Source: Isurus oxyrinchus
Taxonomy: Eukaryota
Direction: 5' to 3'
Assembly: GCA_026770705.1 (NCBI GenBank)
Contig: JANJGN010000016.1
Span: 112,158,001 to 112,222,000, forward strand
Length of the DNA: 64,000 nt
Within the stretch, counting starts at the first letter, position 1. Every line of letters begins with the position of its first letter. A program made the translations under genes and the position numbers. Positions 22,351-35,955 of the stretch are shown one piece after another. The notes under the pieces were generated by a model. The model searched no databases, was not told the origin of the DNA, and saw nothing but the letters and a program-made list of their open reading frames with translations.

Positions 22351-24720
22351 TGTGGGGTTTTACTTCCACTTCAAACAACTTCCATCCCAACTTGGACCCA
22401 CCAATCACCACTCTCCCATCCATTTCACACTCCACAGCACAACATTTCCTTGCCCAACATTCAGCAATAAAAGCCACCAATAAATACCTTCACGAAACAT
22501 TTTTAAGCAAAAACACATATAACAATACAAACAATAAACTTCCCTTAGTGTCTGTTTCGTGATGCCTTTGTTTGGCTTCATGCTCCCATGCAGTGTCACC
22601 TCAGAGGCTGCAGCATGGCTGGCAGAAGACTACTGACTTTCACCGCAGGCGACATCAAATGGCCTTGCAGGACGACCTTGAGCAGCTCTGAGCCAAAAAG
22701 GCCCTACTTTGATCTGCATCACCTTGGTATGGGTAGTAGCAGTCTGGGCTGGCTGGCTGAGAGGCACCAGCAAGGACACTGGCAGTAGTGGGAGAAAGGA
22801 CAGTAGATTTGTGCTCCATGGAGCCGCTGGCATTCCTCGGGATGACATCTCTGCAATCCTAGTAATCTGCAGAAGGACAGATTCCTGGACTGCTATAAGA
22901 GCCTACATGACCTGTCAAGCACTGATATCTGCACCCATGATAGCAACAGTCTGAACCTCTATGGCAGTAGCCAAGGCTCTCATGACATCTGTCTGAGTTT
23001 CCACGACAGCATTTGAGAGGTTGGAAGGCATCTGCCTGTGTTGCAGTGGAAGTTGAGACAGCAGCCATCAGGTGCTCCATCATGGGTCGGCCCAGAAATA
23101 CCTCATGGGGCTGGCCAGCACTTTTGCAATGGAAGGAATGGACTGTGCTGGCTGTGCAGTAAGTTCTGCCATGTTGGAGTCAGACTCCTCCATGGTCCTA
23201 GAACATAATTGAAGGTTACCTGGGAGGCCTGCCAATGCACCATGTGCCTTGGTGTGCTCTGTCATCACTGTTCCCCGATCAAAGTCCTCAGCTGAGTTTG
23301 TAGTGGCAGAATTTGTCTATGATCTTGTGCTCCAGGATGCTGACAAATGAACTACTCTGTCCTCCTGGCCTTGCTTTAGCCCACTCATGCTTGGTGACTC
23401 ACCAAATGCTATTTGTGACTCTATAATACCCTCGAAATACCAGTATCAAAGTGATAGTATCTGAGCTGATGACTGCTAATATCAAGTGATGTTGCCTCCT
23501 CATCACTTTCGTAGGGTATCGTTCTCTTCACCTCTCTCTCTCTCCCTCCCTCCTACATCTGCTGAGGCTGACTAGGTAGCAGTTCTTCTCTATCTGAAAG
23601 CAGAAGGGGAAAGTTGGGGTGAGGGAAGGGGATGGGAAGGAAAGCAGATTTCCTTGGTCACACAAGCTGAAGTTTCCATTTGATGCCACATCTGAGGATG
23701 AGAATGAGGAGGGAGTTGAAAGATGATAAGGTTGTTGTTTACTGTTTACCTGGGCAGCCTCTCCTGCATCAGATGTCATGGGCCATCTTGCCTCCATCCC
23801 CATGATGCAAAGCAACATTTCCTCTAGGGAGCTCAGGTGATGGAGCTGCGGTGTAACCCCCTCCTCCCACCCGGCCTCTACTGCTCCCTGATGTTATGGG
23901 CAACCTTTGCCTGAAGGAGAGAGTGTAGAGTGTCAGTGATTGTGTGGTGCTGTACTTAGGTGATGCGCCTGCCATAGCTGACTAGTTAGAGGTGTGTGGG
24001 GGCAGGGAGATGTGGGTGTGATGTTGGCAGCATTTGTAGATGTGTGTGGGTGAGTTGGAGTTTGTGAATGTTAGGCAAGAGTCCTGAGTGCCAGGGAATG
24101 CAGTTGGGTGAGTAATGGGGTGTGATGCATTGAGCAAAGTGAGAGGTTGTTGATGTGGTGGGCATGAGATGTACTGTGAGGATGCATTCACTCATCTATG
24201 CCACCCATGTGAAGTCAATGTCTTTTTTTGCTGCTTTGCTTCCACATCCATGGTGCAAGACTCTGGGAATTCGTCCTCCGAGCGACAGGGTTCTTGTTTT
24301 TTTGATGACTTCTTTTCCACTGGGGAAACAGTACCTCCTTCCTGGAGTACACTTCGGTGACCAGAGATTTTAGTGTGGTGTCGCTAAAGTGGGGAGCCCT
24401 GTCCTTTGCCAACTGAGGCATCCTTATAATCTTGTGAAATGATTTTTCATCACTTGTGATTTCAGGTGTGCAGTCTCCTGTAATTGACAACGAGCCTTTA
24501 AAAGGAGCAGGCAGTCTGGAGCACATGGTTGCCAAACATTGCTGCTGGGCTCCCCACTCTGTGCAGAGGCTGCAGGCAGCATGGAGAGCGACAAAGCAGC
24601 ATGGGAGCCACTCGGCCCAACGCTACTATCAGTCAAATGAGGTGGGTAGATGAAAATTGATCTGATGTAGGCAGGTCGCAAATCATGTGTCCTGCGCCCA
24701 AAAATCAGGGCAACGCAGTT
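22350..24720 (-). pseudogene. Relic of a Harbinger Myb/SANT-like accessory gene (first exon ~24196-24421)
   Basis: MPQLAKDRAPHFSDTTLKSLVTEVYSRKEVLFP...NSQSLAPWMWKQ resembles Harbinger Myb-like DNA-binding N-termini; low-complexity downstream exons ending in GRPARP. Confidence 0.6.
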
Positions 24721-25099
24721 GTTTGCTGCACATACCTTCCAAAATCCCTGCAAAGGTTCAGTGATTTCCTCCGTGTATATTAGCAGAACTTTTGGGGTTT
24801 GAGATTCACCAGTTGTTGCTCCTTGTACATTAAACTTTTCAAATGTAAGAAAAGGGGAAATTGAAGTGGGCAGGTGATTGACCTCATCTTGAGAAATCCC
24901 TACAAAATATTTCTCCCTCCTGTCATAACTCTTATACTCTGATGTGTTTTGATGTTTTAAATTACACCATGTTTGCCACATTCTGATGAACATCTATCCA
25001 TTAACAATGCACTTCTGCATTTTTATTAACAATGTAACATTTATCCTGTTCTAAATTACAGGAATATTCATGCATTGCCTTGATGGTTTTTCCCAGGAA

Positions 25100-26120
25100 C
25101 CCCTTACTTGATTCGCTCCAGTCAGGTTCTTGCCCTAGACTGAAATGGTTTTTATCAAAGTCTTGAGTGACTTCCTATGTAACTTTGACAAAGGTAATCT
25201 ATTCCTCCTATTTTTGAACATTGATGATACTCAGCTCTATGTCACCACCGCGTCTCTCAACTCCTTCACCATCTCTAAATTATCAGCATGTTTACCTGAT
25301 ATCCAGTACTATATGAGCAGACATTTCCTCCAGCTAAATATTGGGAAGACCAAAACCACGCTCTTTGGTCTCTGCTACAAATTCCGTTCTCTAGCTACTG
25401 ACTTCATCCTTCTCCCTGGAAACTGGCTGAAGTTGAACCAGAATGTTCACAATCCTGGTGACATATTTGACCCCAAGGTGAGCTTCTGACCACATACTGG
25501 TGCAATCTCTAAGGATGCTTATTTCCAACTTCTGCAATATTACTCAACTCTGGTCTGCTGCTGAAACCCTCATCCATGCCTTTGTTACCTCTACACTTGA
25601 TTATCGCAATATCCCACATTCTACTCTTGGTAAACTTGAGGTCATCCAAAACTCTGCTGCTGTGTCCTTATTCGTATCAAGTCCTGTTCACCCATTACCC
25701 TCATGCTCACCGTCCTGCATTGGCTCCCGGTTAAGCAATGCTTCGATTTTAAAATTCTCACCCTTGGTTTCAAATCCCTCCATGGCCTTGCCCCTCCCTA
25801 TCTCTGTAATCTATGCCAGCCCCACAGCCTTCCAAGATATCTGCAATCCTCTAATCCTGGCCTCCTGAGCATTCCCGATTTTAATTGCTGCATCATTGGT
25901 GGTGATGCCTTCAGCTACCTAGGCCCTAAGCTCTTCCCTCCCTAAAGCTCTCCAACTCTATCTGTCTTCCTATAAGGTGCTCCTTAAAATCTACCTCTTT
26001 GACCAAACTTCCTTAATATCTCCTTATGTGGCTTGCTGTCAAATTTTGCTTTATAGTGCTCCAGTGAAGTGCCTTGGGACATTTTATATTAAAGGTGCTA
26101 TATAAATACAAGTTGTAGTT
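25100..26120 (+). mobile_element. L2-like LINE 3' part
   Basis: DDTQLY, FLQLNIGKT, AETLIHAFVTSTLDY, LHWLPVKQ; tail 'aggtgctatataaatacaagttg'. Confidence 0.85.
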
Positions 26121-26719
26121 GGTCTTTGCAGTGTGTACAGTCATTCCCTTCATTTCCTGCCAAATCCTTTGCATTCTTGGAATTGTAATCATCCTTGCAG
26201 AAGGGTGACCCCTTGTAAACTGCTTCCTGTAGTACATTTCATTCTGACTTCTATACTCTTGTGTTTCTATACACGCCTCATTCTCTGCCATTGCATAGTC
26301 TTACATATGCCTCATTCTCTGGTTATTTGGAGCTCTTTTATGAATATCAAAGCTATCTTCTGATACTCCGTTACAGCAATGATGAGAACTGTACAGCCAT
26401 TATCTCCTCCGATTGTAGATTCACTCCACAGCTGCATTAGTGAATGTGGAGAGATTTATGTCAGTTAAGTGACTCACTGCTTGCCTGTAAAGTGTCAATG
26501 GGTCATTTCTGTGGGTGGGTCCTGATTGTTCGACAATACTGCCAGCATATTTATGCATTTTCAATAGAATTATACATGCATTCCACTATTCCATTGTGTA
26601 TTCATTAGTATTTTGTACTTAAGCATAAAAAGAGGTCTCCTCCATTTAATGCTAAGTAAGTTTCAGCCCTTGGTTGTTCTGCACAGGGTGAGGCTACAGG
26701 CTTCTCAGCATCAGCATCA

Positions 26720-27205
26720 ATTTATATTTATATATTACCTTTAATATAATGAAATGTTCCAAGGTGCTTCACAGGAGCATTATAAAATAAAATGTGATCC
26801 TGAGCCATAAAAGGAAATATTAGGTCAGGTGAAGTAGCGTAGTGGAGAGTCTTAAGGGAATGTATTCCAAGAGTTTAGGGTTTAGGCAACTGAATGTGTG
26901 GCCACTGATGGTGGAACTGTTAAAATTGAGGATGTTCGCAGGAGGCCAGAATTAGAGCAGCATAGATATCTTGGGAGGGTTGCAGGCTGAAGGATATTAC
27001 AGAGACAGAGAGGGGGATAAGTTTCAGAGGGATTTAAAATAAGGTTGAGAATTTTAAAATTGAGGTGTTGCTTGACTGGGAGCAGATGTAGCTGGATGTG
27101 AGCACAGGAGTGATAGGAGAATTTGACCTGATGCAAGTTAAGACAGGGGCAGCAGAGTTTAGGATGATTTCAAGTTTATCAAGGGTAGAATATGGGAGAC
27201 CAGCA
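26720..27205 (-). mobile_element. L2-like LINE 3' fragment
   Basis: LHLLPVKQHLNFKIL; same tail as 12330. Confidence 0.75.
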
Positions 27206-27689
27206 GTGATAAAAGGTACCTTCTCTGCCTTTATACAAGGCTAAATATTAAAATTAACTGCAACACATGGTTACAACTAAGAATAATGACTAACCATTAA
27301 ATTAAAAAAGCTTTGAATGTGGGTAATGATTTACAAAGTTGATGAGGAAAAGAGAGTGGGAGAGATCCTGCCAAGTACCACAGGGCCAGCCCAGCCTCAT
27401 GGGATGCATTGTTCTTCCCTTTTCTTATATATAAAGTAATATAAAAAAATGAGGCAGTCCAGAAATAACCTAAAGATAACCTTTTCAGTTCAATGTAGAA
27501 AACCCCAGAGGGGTTGCAAATGAGGAGCTCAGTAGCACCACTGAGCACTCATTAGAAAACTGCCAACTGCACTAAGCCAATCATGTGGTGCTGACTGTCA
27601 AATGCACTGTATGAAGTGTATGGGACCAACTATGCCATTTGTTTTACTGCAATAACAATTTTTTATTGCATTTTTAATAAACATCCTCA

Positions 27690-29361
27690 CGCTTTTCACA
27701 GTGGAGAAACAGATAATGATTTAATGAGTAGAAGATGAATAAAAGCATAGTTTAAATAGTAGGTTTTCAAAGGCAGAGAGGTTTAGGGGGTCAATTAAGC
27801 TCTGTCACCATTAGTGGAATAAGAAGCACTGGAGGCCAGAGGCTAAAAGCCATAAGTAAAGATGTAGGATTGGAGAGATAGGATGGGGTCCATCCATGCA
27901 AGAAATGGGCCAACAGGATTTGGTGCAATGGTGGAGTTTTGAACACATTGGTGTTTGAGTAGAGGAAAGTTTAGGTGGCTGCTGAGGAGGGCATTGGGGA
28001 TATCAATTTTGGGAGTGACAAAAGCCTGGATGAGTTTCAGGAGTGGTAAATAAGAACATAAGAAATAGGAACAGGGATAGACCATTTGGCCCCTCGATCC
28101 TGCTCTGCCATTCAATGAGATCATGGCTGATCATGTGCTTCAATTTCCACATTCCCATCTAATCCCAATAACCTTCGATTCCCTTGCCTAACAAGAATCT
28201 ATCCATCTCTGCCTTAAAAATATTCTATGACCCCACCTCCACCACCTTCTGAGGCAGAGAATTCCAAAGTCATACAACCCTCAGAGAAAAAATTTCTCCA
28301 CGTCTGTCCTAAAAGAGCAACCCCTAATTTTAAAACAGTGCCCCCCTAGTTCTGGACAAGAGGAAACATCCTTTTGACATCCACCTTGTCAAGGCCATTC
28401 AGGATCTTGTATACTTCAATCAGATCACCCCTCACTCTTCTAAACTCCAGTGGAAACAAGCCCAGTCTGTCTAACCTTTCCTCGTAAGACAACCCACTCA
28501 TTCCAGGTATCAATCTAATAAACCTCCTTTGAAGCACCTCCAATGCATTTACATCCTTCCTTAAGTAAGGAGACCAAAGCTGCTCACAGTATTTGAGGTG
28601 CGGTTTCACAATGCCCTGTATTACAGAAGCGTAACATCCTTACTTTTATGTTCAAACCCTCTCGTAATAAAGGATAGCATTCCATTACTTCCTGTAACTT
28701 TTTGTGACTCATGTACTAGAACACCTGGATCCCTCTGCACCTCAGAATTATGCAGCTGTTCTCCATTTAAGTAATACCCTGCTTTTTGTTCTTCCTGCCA
28801 AAGTGAACAACTTCACATTTTCCCACATTAAACTCCATTTGCCAGATCTTTGCCCACTCAACCTCTGTTCATCTGCAACCTCCTCATGTCCTCTTCACAA
28901 CATACTTTCCTACCTTTCCGTCATCTGCAAATTTAGCTACCATGTCTTCACTCCACTCATCAAAATCATTGACGTAAATCGTAAAAAGTTGAGGCCCCAG
29001 TACAGACCCCTGTAGGACTCCACTTGTCACATCCTGTCAATCAGAAAATGACCCATTTATACATACTCACTGTTTTCTGCCAGCCAGCCAATTTTCTTTC
29101 CATGCTACCCCCTACACCATGCACTTTTACTTTCCGTAATAATCTTATAAGTAATGGAAGAGGCTTAATGATGTTATAAAGACATATGACAGATAGGATA
29201 TGGGATTTAAAACTCAGCTCAGGATTGAACAGAATATTGAGGTCACGGGCTTGATGAGCAAGCAGCTGGGGTGTGATGAAGTCAGGGACTAGGGTACAGA
29301 ATTTTGACTAGGAGCTAAATAAGATGGCTTCAGTTTACACAATCTACAATTGGAGAAAGTT
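27690..29361 (-). mobile_element. Old L2 fragment interrupted by a CR1 3' fragment (~28050-29150)
   Basis: KLIQAFVT (L2); PHLKYCEQLWSPYLRKD...ERLDRLGLFPLE (CR1). Confidence 0.75.
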
Positions 29362-29434
29362 CTTGCCATTTTAACACTCCACCCTGCTCTCTTGCCCACA
29401 TGTCTGTCCTTGGCTTGCTGCATTGTTCCAGTGA
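29362..29434 (+). mobile_element. Isolated 73-bp internal Penelope snippet
   Basis: Identical by eye to 52098-52170. Confidence 0.85.
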
Positions 29435-30261
29435 TAGACTAAATATGCTATTTCATCTGTGCCAGCAACAATGTAGCAAGCGTTCATAACTGAATGCTTT
29501 GGCTCTATTGGGATAAAAATGCAGCCCTTGCAATTATATAGAACAGGCGCCAAGTTCAGTAGACTAGGCATGCAACATTGCATAGACCAGCTACAACGTA
29601 GAACCAATTAAGCTAAGTGCATCACAAGAGCAAATTTTCAGGGCTGGTAATGCCAGTCATTTCAAAGTTTTGCAAGCGTCTGATCAGCTGACTATTAACA
29701 CAGTTCCAAAACCCCAGTGTCCTAAGTTTCAAACAATAGTATGGCTACACAAATTAAGCCTTAATAAGTATCAGCTAATACCACATAAACAGTTATATGG
29801 CATCAGCTAATACCACACAAGCAGTAATATAGTACTGTACCAGCTAATAATACTAAAATATTAGATAATACTGTGAAGCACTAATATCAACTAATATCGC
29901 GCAGGCACTAACACGTCAACCCCTTGTTGGACAATTATATAATCGTGGCAAATTAATTCATCCAATGAAACAGAAGCTTAAACTTTGGAACTGAATTGAT
30001 CTCATATGTTTTAAAAATATACCTTAAATCAGCTAATACTTAATACTGGAATTCGGGAGGGAGATTCAAAACTGGGCCTTCCCCTTGCTTCATGCCTATT
30101 TACTTATTTTTTCACTAACTTTTTACTGCCAATTTGCTTTTTTTCTGTCCTCCCCCTTGGATTCATTATCTCCTTTTAGGCACCTTGCAGTACCTTGTTC
30201 AATGAGTCCACAGAGTGAGTGCTGGCAAGCACCACAGCTGAAACCAACCTTGTTCTTACTT

Positions 30262-32080
30262 CAAAACAAAAACAGAATTACCTGGAAAAACTCAGCAGGT
30301 CTGGCAGCATCGGCAGAGAAGAAAAGAGTTGACGTTTCGAGTCCTCATGACCCTTCAACAGAACTAGGTGAATCCAAGGAGAGGGTTGAAATATAAGTTG
30401 GTTTAATGTGGGGGGGGGGGGGGGGGGGGGTGTTGGATGGGGGGAGAGAAGTGGAGGGGAGTGGTGTGGTTGTAGGGACAAGCAAGCAGTGATAAGAGCA
30501 GATGATCAAAAGATGTCACAGACAAAAGAACACAGAGGTGTTGAAGTTGGTGATATTATCTAAACAAATGTGCTAATTAAGAATGGATGGTAGGGCACTC
30601 AAGGTATAGCTCTAGTCGGGGTGGGGGGGGCATAAGAGATTTAAAAATAATGGAAATAGATGGGAAAAGAAAAATCTATATAAATTATTGGAAAAAACAA
30701 AAGGAAGGGGGAAGAAACAGAAAGGGGGTGGGGATAGAGGAGGGAGTTCAAGATCTAAAGTTGTTGAATTCAATATTCAGTCCGGAAGGCTGTAAGGTGC
30801 CTAGTTGGAAGATGAGGTGTTGTTCCTCCAGTTTGCATTGGGCTTCACTGGAACAATGCAGCAAGCCAAGGACAGACATGTGGGCAACAGAGCAGGGTGG
30901 AGTGTTAAAATGGCAAGCGACAGGGAGGTTTGGGTCATTCTTGCGGACAGACCGCAGGTGTTCTGCAAAGCGGTCGCCCAGTTTACGTTTGGTCTCTCCA
31001 ATGTAGAGGAGACTGCATTGGGAGCAACGAATACAGTAGACTAAGTTGGGGGAAATGCAAGTGAAATGCTGCTTCACTTGAAAGGAGTGTTTGGGCCCTT
31101 GGATGGTGAGGAGAGAAGTGAAGGGGCAGGTGTTACATCTTTTGTGTGGGCATGGGGAGGTGCCATAGGTGGGGGTTGAGGAGTAGGGGGTGATGGAGAA
31201 GTGGACCAGGGTGTCCCGGAGGGAACGATCCCTATGGAATGCCAACATGGGAGGGTGAAGGGAAGATGTGCTTGGTGGTGGCATCATGCTGGAGTTGGCG
31301 GAAATAGCGGAGGATGATCCTTTGAATGCAGAGGCTGGTGGGGTGATAAGTGAGGACAAGGTTTCTGGGAGGGAGGAGAAGGCGTGAGGGCGGATGCGCG
31401 GGAGATGGACCACACACAGTTGAGGGCCCTGTCAACAACCGTGGGTGGAAAACCTCGGTTAAGGAAGAAGCAGGACATGTCAGAGGAACTGTTTTTGAAG
31501 GTAGCATCATCAGAACAGATGCAACGGAGGCGAAGGAACTGAGAGAATGGAATGGAGTCTTTACAGGAAGCGGGGTGTAAGGAGCTGTAGTCGAGGTAGC
31601 TGTGGGAGTCGGTAGGCTTATAATGGATATTAGTGGACAGTCTATCACCAGAGATTGAGACAGAGAGGTCAAGGAAGGGAAGGGAAGTGTCAGGGATGGA
31701 CCATGTGAAAATGATGGAGGGGTGGAAATTGGAAGCAAAATTAATAAATTTTTCCAAGTCCCGACGAGAACATGAAGCAGCACTGAAGTAATCATCGATG
31801 TACCGGAGAAAGAGTTGTGGGAGGGGGCCGGAGTAGGACTGGAACAAGGAATGTTCCACATACCCCATAAAGAGACAGGCATAGCTGGGGCCCATGTGGG
31901 TACCCATAGCCACACCTTTTATTTGGATGAAGTGAGAGGAGTTGAAGGAGGAATTTGTTCAGTGTGAGAACAAGTTCAGCCAGACAGAGGAGAGTAGTGG
32001 TGGATGGGGATTGTTCGGGCCTCTGTTCGAGGAAGAAGCTAAGGGCCCTCAGACCATCCTGGTGGGGGATGGAGGTGTAC
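30262..32080 (-). mobile_element. 5'-truncated Penelope-like element (RT C-half, GIY-YIG, tail)
   Basis: AMGTHMGPSYACLFMG, RYIDD, VYCIRC...YIGETKR; frameshifted. Confidence 0.92.
30327..30365 (-). ncRNA. Minimal hammerhead-like motif with core variant CUGUUGA
   Basis: AGTT-CTGTTGA-A-GGGTC-atgag-GACTC-GAAAC-GTC-AACT. Confidence 0.6.
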
Positions 32081-32974
32081 AACTTGCCATCTAAACATGA
32101 GCCTTTCCAGCAGGATTTGTTGGATTCTAATCCGAAACGGAAACCCTGGTCAACTTTCCTCTCCCTAATTTGGGGGTCTAGAGGCCAATTACAGGAGATT
32201 TACTACCTCTAGCTGAGATCAGTTAACTCAACACTGACAGGTGATTGAACCTCAAACTATCCTGATCCATACAGCTCCACATATTGGGGAATTTAGTAAA
32301 ACAACTGATTTGATTCAGCCCTAATACTTTTTGTGATAATTCTTATGCTGCTTATCAACACAAATTAACAAATAGATAACTAGTGCTCATTTCACCACAG
32401 TAAGTTTATTAAGTAATTCCCACCGTTCTTCTTAAACCCAGCTCTCGGCTAGCAACACTGGTTATATAAACCGAGTTAAATGTACCCTTTAGGGAGGTCT
32501 TCAGTCAGCAGCAAAGCATCAAATTTGTTGTCTGGTGTCAGAGATTTCCTTCTAATAATTCTCAGATTTACTGAACTGTAACGATGAGAAGCCGCTTGCC
32601 AATTTTGCCAATTGCACCTGCTGTGCCAGCTTCCTGTGAACATGTTATTGAACAACACGTCACCTATTAGTACCTGAAAGAGGAAGTTCTGGAGGGACCA
32701 ATAACTGAAGTTTCTCAGTTTCCATATCAATTACAGAATGCAAAAATGTTTCATGCTTAAATTAGTGCCTCAAAAAATGCTTCAATATATTCTGTGGGAG
32801 GAAGACAGAAGTCATGCCTTGTACTTCTACATATGTTGCTATTAGTGAAGCCTGACTTTCTGCAATGGTGTATCACCATTCATTGCAGGGTCTCCCCCTT
32901 TAAAATCCTTTCCTTCAAATTTTGTTTTATAATTGAATCAATGCATTTAAATGACCATGTGATGGACTATAGTT

Positions 32975-33330
32975 GAAGGGAATTCAAGGGAGGCTACAGT
33001 CAGAATTGCAGAGGATGCTCACAGGCACAAAGAACTAGAGGTGGTTACAAAGGGGGCGAATTCAAATTGGAGAGACTTATGAACAAGAACAAGGATTTTG
33101 AATTCAATCAATTGTGGGATGGGGAGCCAGTGAGTGTTAGTAAGGATGAGGTGATAGGGAAATGAAACTTAGTGAGGAGGAGGATGCAAATTTTGGACAA
33201 GTTATAGTTTATGTAAAATAAAATTTAGGAAGCCAGCCAAAAGATTGAAAGTCAATCCTAGACGGATGAAAGTTCTCAAACTGGACAGGGAAACCAGTGG
33301 ATAGTGTATGGGATATGGTGGCAGTCCTGC
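32975..33330 (-). mobile_element. Highly degenerate L2 fragment
   Basis: 'acaaggattttgaatt...gggagccagtg' is similar to 12660-12720. Confidence 0.45.
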
Positions 33331-35955
33331 TGGATTCTGTTTTGTGGGCACTCCCTCAACATTCTTCCATGGGTTATTTCCTTTGTAATGACGTAAGTAA
33401 TAGGTCCAAGTAAAAGGTGCTGGAGGGTGCATTGTTATTCTGAAGAAAACAAGTGAGAATTCATTGAAATTTGGATTTGGATTTGGATTCATTTTTTAAA
33501 AAATTCTCGTTTCTGTCTCTTGAACTTGTGCAGTTTGTTTTTTGAGCTTTAAACCACAGAGATAATGGCAAAGTTGCCATTCCTGCATGTGTCCTATCAA
33601 GTGTTAAAATAGCAATTTGGTGATGTATTGGAAGAAAGACACAATGTAACTTTAATAAAGGTCTACAGTTACAAGATGAGATAGAAGCATTAATTTTATT
33701 CCCATTAAATATTTTCATGTCAGTTGCAGTACCTTTATCAAGCATCTCAGATCAAGAATAGCAAGTTCCTTATTCTATACCCAACAATGCAATTTAACCT
33801 GAAATTCAGAAGTGCACCTCTGCCAAAAAATTATGTTGTACCAACAAATTTTCACTTCCTTGTATCAAACGTTGGATCCTGGCATTGGAAGGGGTAAATT
33901 TTCTAATACCCACCCACTTACAATTATCAGTGATTCCTGAAATACACAGTTGTGTGTATGGAATTCAAGTTTAGGTGAGCGCAGATAAACGCAGCGTTTG
34001 CAGTGAGTGAGATTCAAACACACCTGGCAGAGTAGAGCTGATTTTCAGACTGCTAGCTGTGGATTCTTCAGTTTCAGGTATTGAAACTGCATGTTACACA
34101 CTCAGTACCGCTTTACTTTCTAACACATTTATATTTACCACAGTTACAAATGCAGTCCATTCGTCTACAGTTCAAAGATCAGGGAAAATTAATCACTTAT
34201 AGGGAGTTTGATTAATGATTCTACCCAAAATGTGAGACCATCGATCTGAGATTACAGACGAGCTACAGTGGATGTATGATGATGGCACAAGATAGATGAA
34301 CGTGACATACCATAACAGCAGACCTTCTGGTAGGAGTAACTACAAGCAGCAGCAATTTCAGGTGCTGACTGACCAGCTATGCAGTTGCAGTGTTTTTTTA
34401 GTTTTTATCCCTAATTCTCGAGTCTTTATGTAACTCGTTCTAGTGCTATGTAAAAATGGTGATTAACTCTGCTAAGAAAGTGTGGGAAGCAATGTTTGAG
34501 CTTTCAGTAATCAGCAGGACACCATTTTCAGGGTCATGAGCCTGTAACTCTGTTAAACAGCTTTGCTGATTAGCATTATTTGACTGCTGCTATTTCGATG
34601 GGTAGGCGCTTGGCACTGGTTTGTCACCTTCCCTGGATGCGTCAGCTGAGAGCAGGATTCCAGCATAAAGGTGGTATGGGCATCGGCCCCACAATCTATC
34701 ATGATCTGGCACTGTGTGCTGATTCTGTCATAGGAGAAGCAGCTAGCAAAGAAATAAAAAGAATCTCACGTTATTTACTGTAAGAAAAGCATAGATCCAG
34801 GTGTCGAGACTATTTGTCATTGCAGGATACAGATGTCATTTAGACCTATGCATTGCTGTTGTATTTTAGTATCACATGAAATTAAGGCTGTCAAATTTCT
34901 AAAATTCAAACCTAACGAAAGTCTGGTTTTTAAAACAGAAGTCTATTTTTTTCCCCATTTATTTAGTGATGTGATCTCATGGTGTGGATGCACTAGCAAG
35001 ATTTCTAATGAATTTCAATAGCAAGAGAAGTCATCAAAATGCAAGCTAAACCCCCAGCCCTAATCTATTCCTCAGTATGTTTTGGACTTTGGAAAAGGTG
35101 ACCATCTGAATTGCGCAATGGCTTTGTCATCATGCCAAGGTATTCATTAAAAATTTGGTATAAACCATTTTTAATAGATGCAATTATTCTACAATTTGAT
35201 TAAGTACACAAACATTTTAATTAAATATAAACACTTGCAATTCAAGTAATCAGTCCAGGATATTGTTACAGGCACACAGGTTTTTTTTTAAACATGATTT
35301 GCTGGTTACTTTAAATACTTATCAGGAGTTACTCTCAGGCTTATCTCAGAGCCATGCCCCAGAAATTCCTATGAAAAAATTACAAATAATAACAAATTTG
35401 GGTTTGTTACACTTAAACATTCTATGCCCTGTTGCATAATTCAGCTCAGAACGCCAGGTTAACCATAAGTTTAAAATGATCATGCGTCTCTTATTTCACT
35501 TTTAATTTCTCAATGGCCAATCCACACATTGGGATAAATGCAGCAATTGTTCTTTGCTTGTATCTGTAAATGGCAGCATGGGTTTTGCATTAGTAGCTAA
35601 AAATAAGATGAAAAGAAATGGAAAATATAAACAAATCAGCCACTGATATGGCACTGAGTGCCTGAAATAGAATAATCTTCAATTCTCAATTCTAAAAAGT
35701 AAAATAAAAGATGTGGAATAATTAAGATTCAAGGTTAAATTAGAAATTGCTTGACATTAGGATGCACCTATTCTACAATTTAAGGGCACAAACTTGACTC
35801 CCATAACGTTTTCCTGGAGTACTCCTTTAATGGAAAAGATAAAACTAAACAACTGGGGCATTGAATTGCAACAAAGAAAATAAAAATCCTCAATAAATGT
35901 GTCAATTTTGTTATACAACACATTGTAGGCATAGACAAAAACTGTCTCAACACAT

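Noticed and set aside
24424-24993. 189-aa ORF upstream of the Myb relic
   Set aside because: It runs from unique flank into transposon terminal sequence and has no domain features.
32476-32676. Good acceptor (cttcctctttcAG|GT) followed by a 65-codon phase-0 frame, as a possible third AKR last exon
   Set aside because: No FxLxxED motif or other AKR similarity; plausible by chance.
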